Shown: in pieces, positions 19,915 to 27,662 of the stretch
Numbering within the stretch: the first letter of the stretch is position 1
Layout of the letters: each line of letters opens with the position of its first letter
Assembly (NCBI GenBank): GCA_964428535.1
Contig: CAYRYK010000003.1
Coordinates: forward strand, 1 to 41,374
Length of the DNA: 41,374 nucleotides
Reading direction: 5' to 3'
Source: an uncultured Gammaproteobacteria bacterium
GTDB lineage: Bacteria; Patescibacteriota; Microgenomatia; UBA12405
Notes under the pieces: generated by a model
Database searches by the model: none
What the model saw: only the letters and a program-made list of their open reading frames with translations
Told to the model about the DNA's origin: nothing
Position numbers and translations under genes: made by a program

Positions 19915-21308
19915 GCTAACTTACCCTCCATTTGTAAATTGATGAGACGATTAAGTTCGAGACTATATTCCATAGGCAATTGCTTGACAATTGGTTCAAC
20001 AAAACCATTAACAATCATACTTTCGGCTTCGTTTTGAGAAAAACCTCGAGACATAAGATAAAAAAGTTGATCTTCGCCAATTTTGCTGACAGTGGCTTCG
20101 TGTTCTATTGATGCCGACTTTTCTGAATTTTTATTGGTAGGATAAGTATCGGAACGAGAATTTTTATCTAAAATAAGGGCATCACAAACAACTTTGGAGC
20201 GAGCATTAGTGGCACCTTTACTAATGTAGACAGTGCCGCGATAGCTACTGCGACCGCCATTGAGACTAATAGATTTGGAGACGATGCGACTGGTAGTATT
20301 GGGGGCTAAGTGAATAGCTTTGGCACCAGCATCGAGATGTTGAATACCGGAAGCAACAGCAATGGATAAAACTTCAGCATGAGCTCCTTCGCCAATCAAA
20401 ATATTACTAGGATATTTCATGGTGACTTTACTACCAAGATTACCGTCGACCCATTCCATAACACCATTAGCTTCGACTTGGGCACGTTTGGTAACTAAGT
20501 TATAAACATTAGTCGACCAGTTTTGGATGGTAGTATAACGAACTCGGGCATTTTTTTTGACAAAAACTTCAACCACAGCGGCGTGAAGAGAGTCGGTAGA
20601 GTAAATTGGAGCAGTACAACCTTCGATGTAATGAACAAAAGAACCCTCGTCAGCAATAATTAAAGTACGTTCGAATTGACCCATCTTTTGGCTATTAATG
20701 CGAAAATAAGTTTGGAGAGGTAATTCGACGTGAACATTTTTGGGGACATAAATAAAAGAACCACCAGACCAGACAGCACTATTTAAAGAGGCAAATTTAT
20801 TATCATCGGGTGGGACAATTTTGCCAAAATATTGCCAGACTAATTTGGGGTATTTTTTGAGAGCTTCGTCCATGCCACAAAAAATAACTCCTTGGTCGGC
20901 TAGTTTTTTCATTAACGAACCGTAAATAACTTCGGATTCATATTGAGCTTTGACACCACCAAGATATTGTTTTTCGGCCTCGGGAATGCCAAGTTTATCG
21001 TAAGTATTTTTGATATCTTCAGGGACTTCGTCCCAACTATGGCCTTCTTTGTCGGTGGGTTTGAGATAATAATAAATATCGTCAAAATTTATATCGGAGA
21101 GATTTGGACCCCAAGTGGGCATGGGTTGGTCAGAAAAATACTGAAAAGCGCGGAGACGAAAATTATACATTTTGTCATCCTCATGTTTGAGAAGAGAAAT
21201 AGTTTTGACTACATCTTGATTAATCCCCTGTTTGGTTTTGAACACAGAAATTTCTGGATCAGAAAAGCCATATTCATAAGGTAATTTTTTGTAAGATGTT
21301 TTTGGCAT
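19911..21308 (-). CDS. sufB: Fe-S cluster assembly protein SufB
   Basis: Blocks [24 protein letters not shown] and [21 protein letters not shown] are present. I prefer the ATG at 21308 (MPKTSYKK) over the track's TTG at 21335, which overlaps sufC. Confidence 0.93.
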   Translation of the reverse strand: MPKTSYKKLPYEYGFSDPEISVFKTKQGINQDVVKTISLLKHEDDKMYNFRLRAFQYFSDQPMPTWGPNLSDINFDDIYYYLKPTDKEGHSWDEVPEDIKNTYDKLGIPEAEKQYLGGVKAQYESEVIYGSLMKKLADQGVIFCGMDEALKKYPKLVWQYFGKIVPPDDNKFASLNSAVWSGGSFIYVPKNVHVELPLQTYFRINSQKMGQFERTLIIADEGSFVHYIEGCTAPIYSTDSLHAAVVEVFVKKNARVRYTTIQNWSTNVYNLVTKRAQVEANGVMEWVDGNLGSKVTMKYPSNILIGEGAHAEVLSIAVASGIQHLDAGAKAIHLAPNTTSRIVSKSISLNGGRSSYRGTVYISKGATNARSKVVCDALILDKNSRSDTYPTNKNSEKSASIEHEATVSKIGEDQLFYLMSRGFSQNEAESMIVNGFVEPIVKQLPMEYSLELNRLINLQMEGKLA

Positions 21309-21312
21309 AATT

Positions 21313-22038
21313 TTAGGAATTAAAACCGGAGTCAATAATTTTTTGAGCTAAAGAAGCGTCACCCGAATTTTTAATTTGACCTTTATCTAAAACCAAAACT
21401 TGGTTAGGTTTTAAATAATCTAAAATTTTTGGAGCATGAGTGATAATCAAAATAGCTGAATTTAAGTCTTGAGCTAATTTTTGAATACGAAGAGACATAG
21501 TTTTGAGAGCGTCGACATCGAGGCCAGAGTCAATTTCATCAAGAATTAAATATTTCGGGTTAGAAACCAACATTTGGAGAACTTCCATTTTTTTGCGTTC
21601 ACCACCGGAAAAACCATCGTTAAGACTACGATCTAATAATTCGCTTTTGATACCCAAAGTATCGGATTCAAAAGCTAACCAACTACGAAATTCGGAAAGA
21701 GAAGTTTTTTGATCGGGATGAAATTTTTTGAAAATTTGCCAAAGAAAAGTTTTGACATTTAACCCAGGAATAGCCACTGGCGATTGATTGGATAAAAAAA
21801 TGCCTAAATTAGCTCGTTTGTCAGGAGAAAATTTAGAAATATCAGTTTTCCCTAAAATAATTTTGCCTGAGGTAACTTGGTAATTGGGGTGACCGGCAAG
21901 AGTGAGGGCAACAGTGGATTTGCCGCTACCATTTGGCCCCATAAGAGCAGTAATTTGGCCTTGTTTTAGGTCAAATGTAATATCTTTTAGGATTGATTTT
22001 TTATCAACAGAAACGGAAATATTTTTAAATTGAATCAT
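21313..22038 (-). CDS. sufC: Fe-S cluster assembly ATPase SufC
   Basis: It has Walker [10 protein letters not shown], signature FSGGERKK and Walker [12 protein letters not shown]. Confidence 0.93.
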   Translation of the reverse strand: MIQFKNISVSVDKKSILKDITFDLKQGQITALMGPNGSGKSTVALTLAGHPNYQVTSGKIILGKTDISKFSPDKRANLGIFLSNQSPVAIPGLNVKTFLWQIFKKFHPDQKTSLSEFRSWLAFESDTLGIKSELLDRSLNDGFSGGERKKMEVLQMLVSNPKYLILDEIDSGLDVDALKTMSLRIQKLAQDLNSAILIITHAPKILDYLKPNQVLVLDKGQIKNSGDASLAQKIIDSGFNS

Positions 22039-22059
22039 ACTAAGACTATTTTAGTATGA
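22035..22059. promoter_or_regulatory. 25-bp palindrome (9-bp arms, 7-nt spacer) over the sufC -10 box and start codon; candidate Rrf2/IscR operator
   Basis: The plus strand reads tcatactaa-gactatt-ttagtatga. On the minus strand a TTGCAT(22076-22071)-N17-TAAAAT(22053-22048) promoter ends 9 nt before the ATG at 22038. Confidence 0.45.
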
Positions 22060-22083
22060 GTTTAAAAAAAATGCAAGTTTTGT

Positions 22084-22566
22084 TTACAAAAACTGTTGAA
22101 TGTCTGAAAAAGTTTTACCGGCTAAAAACGAATTGGAAGAAAATTCATCTTGAGTGATATCACGACCAAACCAGTCTGGGGAAATAAATTTATCCATATC
22201 TTGTTGGGAAAGAAATTCAACTTCGACAACCATAAAACCAGTAAGTTGTCCTTGATAAACATCAAGTTCAGCAATCAAATTATTTTTTAGAGGAATTTTG
22301 TAGCGAAGTTTTTCTAAAGATCGTTGAGTTAAAGACCAAAGTTGTTTAAATTCGAATTCAGTTAGGGGGATATTGATTTCTTCGGCAGAACTAAAATCAC
22401 CTGGATGAAGAGGTAATTTTTTGGTTATTTCGAACTTTGAGTCTCGCTGACGAATTCTTAGGGGTGAAGGAGATGGTGATAAATACCCCTGGATGATTTT
22501 TTCGGGAGCAACTTGGCTTAAATCAGGAAGATATTTGACTAAAAAAGTTTTTTCGATTTCAATCAC
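22084..22566 (-). CDS. CYTH-domain protein (CyaB/ThTPase-like triphosphate tunnel enzyme)
   Basis: It has the N-terminal ExExK motif (MIEIEKTFLV) and is 160 aa. Confidence 0.75.
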   Translation of the reverse strand: MIEIEKTFLVKYLPDLSQVAPEKIIQGYLSPSPSPLRIRQRDSKFEITKKLPLHPGDFSSAEEINIPLTEFEFKQLWSLTQRSLEKLRYKIPLKNNLIAELDVYQGQLTGFMVVEVEFLSQQDMDKFISPDWFGRDITQDEFSSNSFLAGKTFSDIQQFL

Positions 22567-22576
22567 AACTGATTAA

Positions 22577-23026
22577 TTATATCTCACCAATAGAGATATC
22601 GAGGACAGAAACTGGTTGGTCGTTAACAGAAACTTTGGCACCTTTGGTCTGATTTATGAGGGCTTGACCGAGAGGGCTTTCAATAGAAATCCAACCTGGT
22701 TGGAGGTTGGAATCATTTTTGCCGACTAAAGTAATTTCCATTTCACGACCATCAGATTCGAATTTTAATTTAACTCGACTACCAAAAACAATCATGTCGG
22801 TTTGAGTAGGAGCTGATTGAACAACACAGGTTTTGAGATCAGCTTTGACCTGATCGACTTGAGAATACAAAACTAAAGCTCGCTCACCTAAAAAAATATA
22901 GGCAGAGTTTTCTTTTAAATCCCCTTCTTCGGCGGCTTTGCCGCGTTCCTCACAAGTGCGATTTAATTCATCTTGCAGTTGGGAGAGATGTTCTTCGAGT
23001 TTTTGCTTGCCAAGTTTTGTAATCAT
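22577..23026 (-). CDS. greA: Transcription elongation factor GreA
   Basis: It has an N-terminal coiled coil (LGKQKLEEHLSQLQDEL...EEGDLKENSAY) and a C-terminal FKBP-like domain (ISIESPLGQALINQTKG). I prefer the ATG at 23026 over the TTG at 23044. Confidence 0.88.
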   Translation of the reverse strand: MITKLGKQKLEEHLSQLQDELNRTCEERGKAAEEGDLKENSAYIFLGERALVLYSQVDQVKADLKTCVVQSAPTQTDMIVFGSRVKLKFESDGREMEITLVGKNDSNLQPGWISIESPLGQALINQTKGAKVSVNDQPVSVLDISIGEI

Positions 23027-23101
23027 GAGCTTATATGTTAACAAATTTCAAAGAAAGTAACAAATAGTGTTTTTGATACCTTGTAGAGATGAAAATAAGT
23101 T

Positions 23102-23110
23102 TGTTATACT
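23102..23110 (+). promoter_or_regulatory. Candidate extended -10 (TGTTATACT) for the 23126 gene
   Basis: The sequence gtTTGTTATACTgcttagaaatctggtATG carries the same TTGTTATACT word as the glmS promoter candidate. Confidence 0.4.
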
Positions 23111-23125
23111 GCTTAGAAATCTGGT

Positions 23126-23974
23126 ATGAGTGAAGTTGAAAGTAGGGTTGGTTTAGGAAAGGACTTAGAATTATCTAGAGGGGAGTATTTTCAAAAATTA
23201 GAGGATATAGATCAGGTTAATAAGGTATTAGGTAAACTAAAAGGGGTAGAGACTAAGAATGGAATTGTGTTACAAGAGTTGAGGTTATTTACTGTTCCTG
23301 AGTTTAATTTTGGTAATCCAAGTCAAATGAAAGATGAATATTTATTAATAGAAGATGAACTAATTAGAAATGGATATCCAGAAACGAGACAAGTTCCGAA
23401 AACAATAGAAGTAACCGATGATGATTTTGGTAAAGATTTTTTGATTAGAGGATATAATTTTAGATTAAGTAAAGAATACCCAGGGTTGGATTGGAAGATT
23501 TTGGGATATCGTTATTGGATGAAAGTAATAAAAGGGCAAACACCGTGGCCAGATATATCGCAGAGATGGATGATTACTGAAACATTAAACCCAATGGATA
23601 AATTTAACGAGGGTTTGATTAGAAGGAGAAACTTAAGCTACAGTGAAATTATGACTAAATTAGAACAGGATCAAAATGAAATATTAAGTTTGTTGGGTTT
23701 TTTACCGAGGGAGTTTTTTCGACTTAATTTAGGTGTGCCAACTTTACCAGAACTAGTTTATTTAAAATCCGTTTGCCCTGAAACAGTACATGAAAGTAAT
23801 GAATGGACAAGTACAAAAATTAAGAAAAATGGATTTTTTAGTGAATTTAAAAAATACAATATTTTGTGGAATCAAGAAATTGATAGTGGTTTGCCGGAAG
23901 TGGCTACTAAAAACGAAAGAGACCAAAGAAGAGGTTATAGAATTCTAATTAAGCCGGAAAAATTTACTACTTAG
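23126..23974 (+). CDS. Hypothetical protein, no recognisable domain
   Basis: It is a 282-aa ORF with a candidate promoter. I recognise no motifs. Confidence 0.55.
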   Translation: MSEVESRVGLGKDLELSRGEYFQKLEDIDQVNKVLGKLKGVETKNGIVLQELRLFTVPEFNFGNPSQMKDEYLLIEDELIRNGYPETRQVPKTIEVTDDDFGKDFLIRGYNFRLSKEYPGLDWKILGYRYWMKVIKGQTPWPDISQRWMITETLNPMDKFNEGLIRRRNLSYSEIMTKLEQDQNEILSLLGFLPREFFRLNLGVPTLPELVYLKSVCPETVHESNEWTSTKIKKNGFFSEFKKYNILWNQEIDSGLPEVATKNERDQRRGYRILIKPEKFTT

Positions 23975-24735
23975 TTAATTTGATAGCTCAAATTGACAGT
24001 GATTTTAACTTCTTCGCTACCAGTTTGGATATTAGTGTTGAGAGCTTGATCGACAGCACCAGCAGCCATGGTTTTCGCACTGTAAGCAACTGGACGAACC
24101 ATATTGCTATCGTTGGAACTTTCGTAATAGCCAATAACCTTGCCTAGTTTGAAACCAGCAGTTTTTGCTGCAGCTTCGGCTTTTTTAGTAGCCTGAGCAA
24201 CAGCGTCTTTGCGAGCTGATTCCTCGGCAGCATCACGATTATCAACATCAAGAGTGATATTACTAACTTGGTTAGCACCATTGGCAGTAGAAGAATCGAT
24301 AACGTCATTAATTTTGTCCAGGTCAGTAATTTTAACTTTTAGTTGAGTACTGGCTGTATAACCAGTAATTTTTTGAGTACCACTAGACCAATCATAATTA
24401 GGGCTAATAGAATAATCGGTGGTCTGAATATTTTTGGTATCAATACCAAGTTTTTTGAGACCATCACTAACTTTATTAATAACTTCATTAATTTGAGCTT
24501 GAACTTGTTTAACAGTAGTGGCGTTTTTTTGAATACCAACATTGACATAAGCAATGTCTGGTTTGACCGCAATAGTACCCTCACCCGTGACAGTAAAAAT
24601 ATCGGATTTATTAGTAACAGTACTATTCATGGAAAACGGTAATGGGTTACCAAATTTGGAATACAGTGAAGCGACCAAAAAGAAGAAGATGATGATCAAA
24701 AAAGCTGGTAGGGTTTTTTCGAGATATGTTTTCAT
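23971..24735 (-). CDS. SIMPL-domain (DUF541) exported protein
   Basis: It has an N-terminal TM/signal helix, then the FTVTGEGTIAVKPDIAYVNVGI...TGYTASTQLKVKI pattern of SIMPL/26-kDa periplasmic proteins. I prefer the ATG at 24735 because the upstream ATG at 24750 lies inside a TGTATAAT -10 element. Confidence 0.8.
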   Translation of the reverse strand: MKTYLEKTLPAFLIIIFFFLVASLYSKFGNPLPFSMNSTVTNKSDIFTVTGEGTIAVKPDIAYVNVGIQKNATTVKQVQAQINEVINKVSDGLKKLGIDTKNIQTTDYSISPNYDWSSGTQKITGYTASTQLKVKITDLDKINDVIDSSTANGANQVSNITLDVDNRDAAEESARKDAVAQATKKAEAAAKTAGFKLGKVIGYYESSNDSNMVRPVAYSAKTMAAGAVDQALNTNIQTGSEEVKITVNLSYQIN

Positions 24736-24741
24736 ACATTC

Positions 24742-24749
24742 ATTATACA
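24742..24749 (-). promoter_or_regulatory. Candidate extended -10 (TGTATAAT), 6 nt from the SIMPL gene ATG
   Basis: The minus strand reads aTGTATAATgaatgtATGaaaac. The seventh nucleotide after the -10 is the A of the ATG, which gives leaderless geometry. Confidence 0.45.
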
Positions 24750-24810
24750 TAAAAGATTTTATCTTTTATTTAAAAGTGGTTTTGGAAATAAGAAAATGGT
24801 AGGATGAGAC

Positions 24811-25338
24811 ATGACTCAAAATGAAGAAAAATGTCCAAAGTGTGGAGCACCATTAGGTGAAATTACTGAAACAGCAACCGGAAGAAAACTACAGCGATGC
24901 AGTCAAGGTTCATGGAATCCACAAACTCACAAAAATGAAGGTTGTGATTATGTTAAATGGTTGGAAGTAGAACCAAAAGAATTAGATGAAAAATGTCCGA
25001 AGTGCGGAGCACCATTAGTTTTACAAGTAACTCGGTTTGGTAAAAAAATGAAAAAATGTAGTGCTGGAAGTTGGGATAAAGAAGCCAAAAAAGTAGTTGG
25101 CTGTGATTATGTGGAATGGGTTAATGGAACTTCGGAAAATTTAGACGAGAAATGTCCAAAGTGTGGCGAAAAATTGGTTTTGTTTACCACGGCAAATGGA
25201 AAAAGAATGAAGAAATGTTCGACTTCCGGATGGGATAGAGAAGCTAAAAAAGCTACCGGGTGTGACTATGTGTTGTGGTTAAAAGCTGGGCAAACTGTGA
25301 GTGATAATGGTGAAGAATTTTTACCACCAGAAGAATAA
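24811..25338 (+). CDS. Stand-alone protein with three tandem topoisomerase-type C4 zinc ribbons (YrdD-like architecture)
   Basis: CPKCG-x(19-20)-C-x(15-16)-GCDYVxW occurs three times, with first Cys residues at aa 8, 62 and 115. Confidence 0.75.
   Translation: MTQNEEKCPKCGAPLGEITETATGRKLQRCSQGSWNPQTHKNEGCDYVKWLEVEPKELDEKCPKCGAPLVLQVTRFGKKMKKCSAGSWDKEAKKVVGCDYVEWVNGTSENLDEKCPKCGEKLVLFTTANGKRMKKCSTSGWDREAKKATGCDYVLWLKAGQTVSDNGEEFLPPEE
24826..25284 (+). repeat. Three in-frame tandem repeats (about 159-162 bp each) encoding the zinc-ribbon modules
   Basis: The units start at 24826, 24988 and 25147 with ga(a/g)aaatgtcc(a/g)aagtg(t/c)gg. Confidence 0.8.
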
Positions 25339-25343
25339 AATAG

Positions 25344-25859
25344 TCACCTTGCAAGAGATGCAAGGTGGTCAATAAAGCTAGAGATTCTATCTATATAAGA
25401 TTGGTCAATAATTTGGCCTTGTGAATTAAAAAGTTTTTCGATATTGGAAAAATAAACAGCGTCACGAATAGGAACCATATGTAACTCAATAGCGACTAAC
25501 CGAAGTTGTTCAATAGCTCTGACGCCACCTATACTACTTTTGGAAACACCACAAAAACCAATTGGTTTATCAAAATATTCTTCGTAGAGAAGATCGAGCA
25601 TCATTTTTAGTTCACCAGGATAACCATGATTATATTCTGGTGAAACAATAATTATGGCCGATGATTTAACAATTTTTGAAGAAAAATTTTTGGCTAAATC
25701 TGATTCTCCAGTACCATCAGTGGCTGGTAATCGATAATTACGGACATCAAGAATTTCTGTGTCGATATTTTTATTTTTTAGTTGTTCAAAAACAAAGTTG
25801 GCAGCTTTTTCTGACTGACGACCTTTTCTGGCGGTGCCAAGAATTATGGGAATATACAT
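25344..25859 (-). CDS. NAD(P)H-dependent FMN reductase family protein
   Basis: It has ILGTARKGRQSEKAA (phosphate/FMN loop) and VSPEYNHGYPG. Its start overlaps the SPFH stop (TAATG). Confidence 0.8.
   Translation of the reverse strand: MYIPIILGTARKGRQSEKAANFVFEQLKNKNIDTEILDVRNYRLPATDGTGESDLAKNFSSKIVKSSAIIIVSPEYNHGYPGELKMMLDLLYEEYFDKPIGFCGVSKSSIGGVRAIEQLRLVAIELHMVPIRDAVYFSNIEKLFNSQGQIIDQSYIDRISSFIDHLASLAR
25345..25367. terminator. GC-rich hairpin (9 bp stem, 5 nt loop) between convergent genes; terminator-like
   Basis: caccttgca-agaga-tgcaaggtg begins 7 nt after the zinc-ribbon gene stop and overlaps the last codons of the FMN reductase gene. The plus strand has no clean U-tract after it. Confidence 0.4.
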
Positions 25860-26617
25860 TATTTAGTTTTAATTAATTTACCAGTTTTAGCAAAACCATC
25901 GAAGGCTTTGAGAACTTCGATAGGAACCATATAAACAACAGTGTTGGATTGATCAGAAGACATATCGTTAATGGATTGAAGAGTTCTAAGGTGTAAAGCG
26001 CCAGGGGTGGCACTAAGTTGTTTGGCGGCTTTGGCAATATTTTCGGAAGCAGCTAATTCACCTTCGGAATTAATGATAACGGCGCGTTTTTCGCGTTCGG
26101 CTTCGGCTTGCTTGCCAATAGTGCGTTCCATTTCGACTGGTAAACTAACATCTTTAAGTTCGACATTATTAACTTTTAGACCCCAAGCTGTAGTTTCTTT
26201 ATCAACAATTTCACGGATTCTTTCGGCAATTTTATCACGACTGGAAAGAAGTTCGTCAAGGGTGACTTCACCAACAATGTTACGCATGGTGGTTTGGGCA
26301 TATTGTGAAATAGCATAACGAAAATCTTCAACTTCGATGATAGCTTTGGGAGCGTCACTAACTTTATAGTAAATGACGGCGTTAACCTTGACGGAAACAT
26401 TGTCGCGAGTAATGGCATTTTGATCGGGAACATCAACAGCTTTGACCCGAACATCGACCTTGTGATAACTTTGAAAAATAGGAAAAACTAAACGCCAACC
26501 TGGTTCCATAACGGAGGTAAATTTACCAAAAGTGAATTTAACACCTTTTTCGTATTGATTAATTTGACGAACAGAAATAATGAGGAGAAAAATTAAAATA
26601 CCAATTAGTGGAAACAT
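25859..26617 (-). CDS. SPFH/band-7 (stomatin-like) membrane protein
   Basis: It has an N-terminal TM helix, then VDVPDQNAITRDNVSVKVNAVIYYKV...RNIVGEVTLDELLS..R and a coiled coil with EAEREKRA. Confidence 0.88.
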   Translation of the reverse strand: MFPLIGILIFLLIISVRQINQYEKGVKFTFGKFTSVMEPGWRLVFPIFQSYHKVDVRVKAVDVPDQNAITRDNVSVKVNAVIYYKVSDAPKAIIEVEDFRYAISQYAQTTMRNIVGEVTLDELLSSRDKIAERIREIVDKETTAWGLKVNNVELKDVSLPVEMERTIGKQAEAEREKRAVIINSEGELAASENIAKAAKQLSATPGALHLRTLQSINDMSSDQSNTVVYMVPIEVLKAFDGFAKTGKLIKTK

Positions 26618-26683
26618 AAAATTTGGTTGAATATTAACTTAGATAATTATACATCGGTTTAATATAGTGATTAGACAAAATAA

Positions 26684-27388
26684 TTATTCCTTACTAGCCT
26701 GCTCTTTAAAAATTTTTAGCTGATCCTCGGTGATGCGATGCAAAGCATAATCAAAGTTAGGATTATCATGACTAACTCTATTAGTTGGAATAGCACCAGT
26801 TTGATACTCAGGATTATCCTTCTTAGCTCTATCAGGCGATATAATACCTGCTTGATACTCGTAAACTAGAGTGGCTATTCGGTCGTATGGATAAACAATA
26901 ATAATTTGTTTTTCTGGTTCAGCTGGTTTTTCACCGATATCAATAATCGGTTTTTTTATACCCGGTTGATCAATATTAAATTCAATGCGGCCAAGTTCAA
27001 AATGATGAGGATAAGGATCAGAAATATAACTATCTATATATTCTGGTTTAGTATTTGGGTCAAAACCAGGAACAACTTGACTCAAATTTAGATGACGCAT
27101 AAATGCGTTTAATTTTTTAGGGTCAAATTCTGGTTCACCGGGAGGTGGAGAGACAAAAAAAGTGTTTACCCTTTCAATTAAATCTTTTCCTTTTGAATCT
27201 TTTGAAGAACTTAATATTATAAGGTTACCGGGGCAATAGAAATCTGGATCGGATTGTTTTTCTGGAGATGAAACAACAATTAATTCGTTTTTTACTGTTG
27301 GCTCAGTTGGTGATTTTACTTCGGGTTTTGGTGGTGTTTTTGTTTCAAATGAGATTTCGGGGATCTCCATGGTTCTTACTTCAGCCAT
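26684..27388 (-). CDS. Hypothetical Pro/Glu-rich protein, no recognisable domain
   Basis: It is a 234-aa ORF that starts 3 nt after the stop of the upstream small His/Cys-rich gene. Confidence 0.5.
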   Translation of the reverse strand: MAEVRTMEIPEISFETKTPPKPEVKSPTEPTVKNELIVVSSPEKQSDPDFYCPGNLIILSSSKDSKGKDLIERVNTFFVSPPPGEPEFDPKKLNAFMRHLNLSQVVPGFDPNTKPEYIDSYISDPYPHHFELGRIEFNIDQPGIKKPIIDIGEKPAEPEKQIIIVYPYDRIATLVYEYQAGIISPDRAKKDNPEYQTGAIPTNRVSHDNPNFDYALHRITEDQLKIFKEQASKE

Positions 27389-27391
27389 ATT

Positions 27392-27643
27392 TTAGATATG
27401 AAGATCGGTTAAGACTCGAAAAATAATAAAGGCTGGCCAAAAGAATGATTTAAAAATACCAACTATAACGGCAGTAAAAGTGGCGGCATCTTGGAGGAAA
27501 TAAAACAAGGCACCGATGACACCTAGACCATAGATAGCTGAGCTATGGTTGCAGTTGCAATGATCATGGTGATGTTTACCGTGTTTAAAAACATCCTGAC
27601 AACATTCATGTTTTTCGTTTTGAGATTCTTTTTCTTTGGTCAT
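27392..27643 (-). CDS. Small His/Cys-rich membrane protein (putative metal-binding head plus 2 TM helices)
   Basis: HECCQDVFKHGKHHHDHCNCNH is followed by two hydrophobic helices. The gene lies 19 nt downstream of glmS. Confidence 0.55.
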   Translation of the reverse strand: MTKEKESQNEKHECCQDVFKHGKHHHDHCNCNHSSAIYGLGVIGALFYFLQDAATFTAVIVGIFKSFFWPAFIIFRVLTDLHI

Positions 27644-27662
27644 AAATTCATCTTAGCATGAA

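Noticed and set aside
20943-21284. 113-aa plus-strand ORF inside sufB, and similar antisense ORFs at 3686-3931, 26007-26318, 33648-33947, 38267-38578 and others
   Set aside because: All of them lie antisense to or out of frame within strongly supported conserved genes. They have low-complexity or hydrophobic composition typical of AT-rich shadow ORFs.
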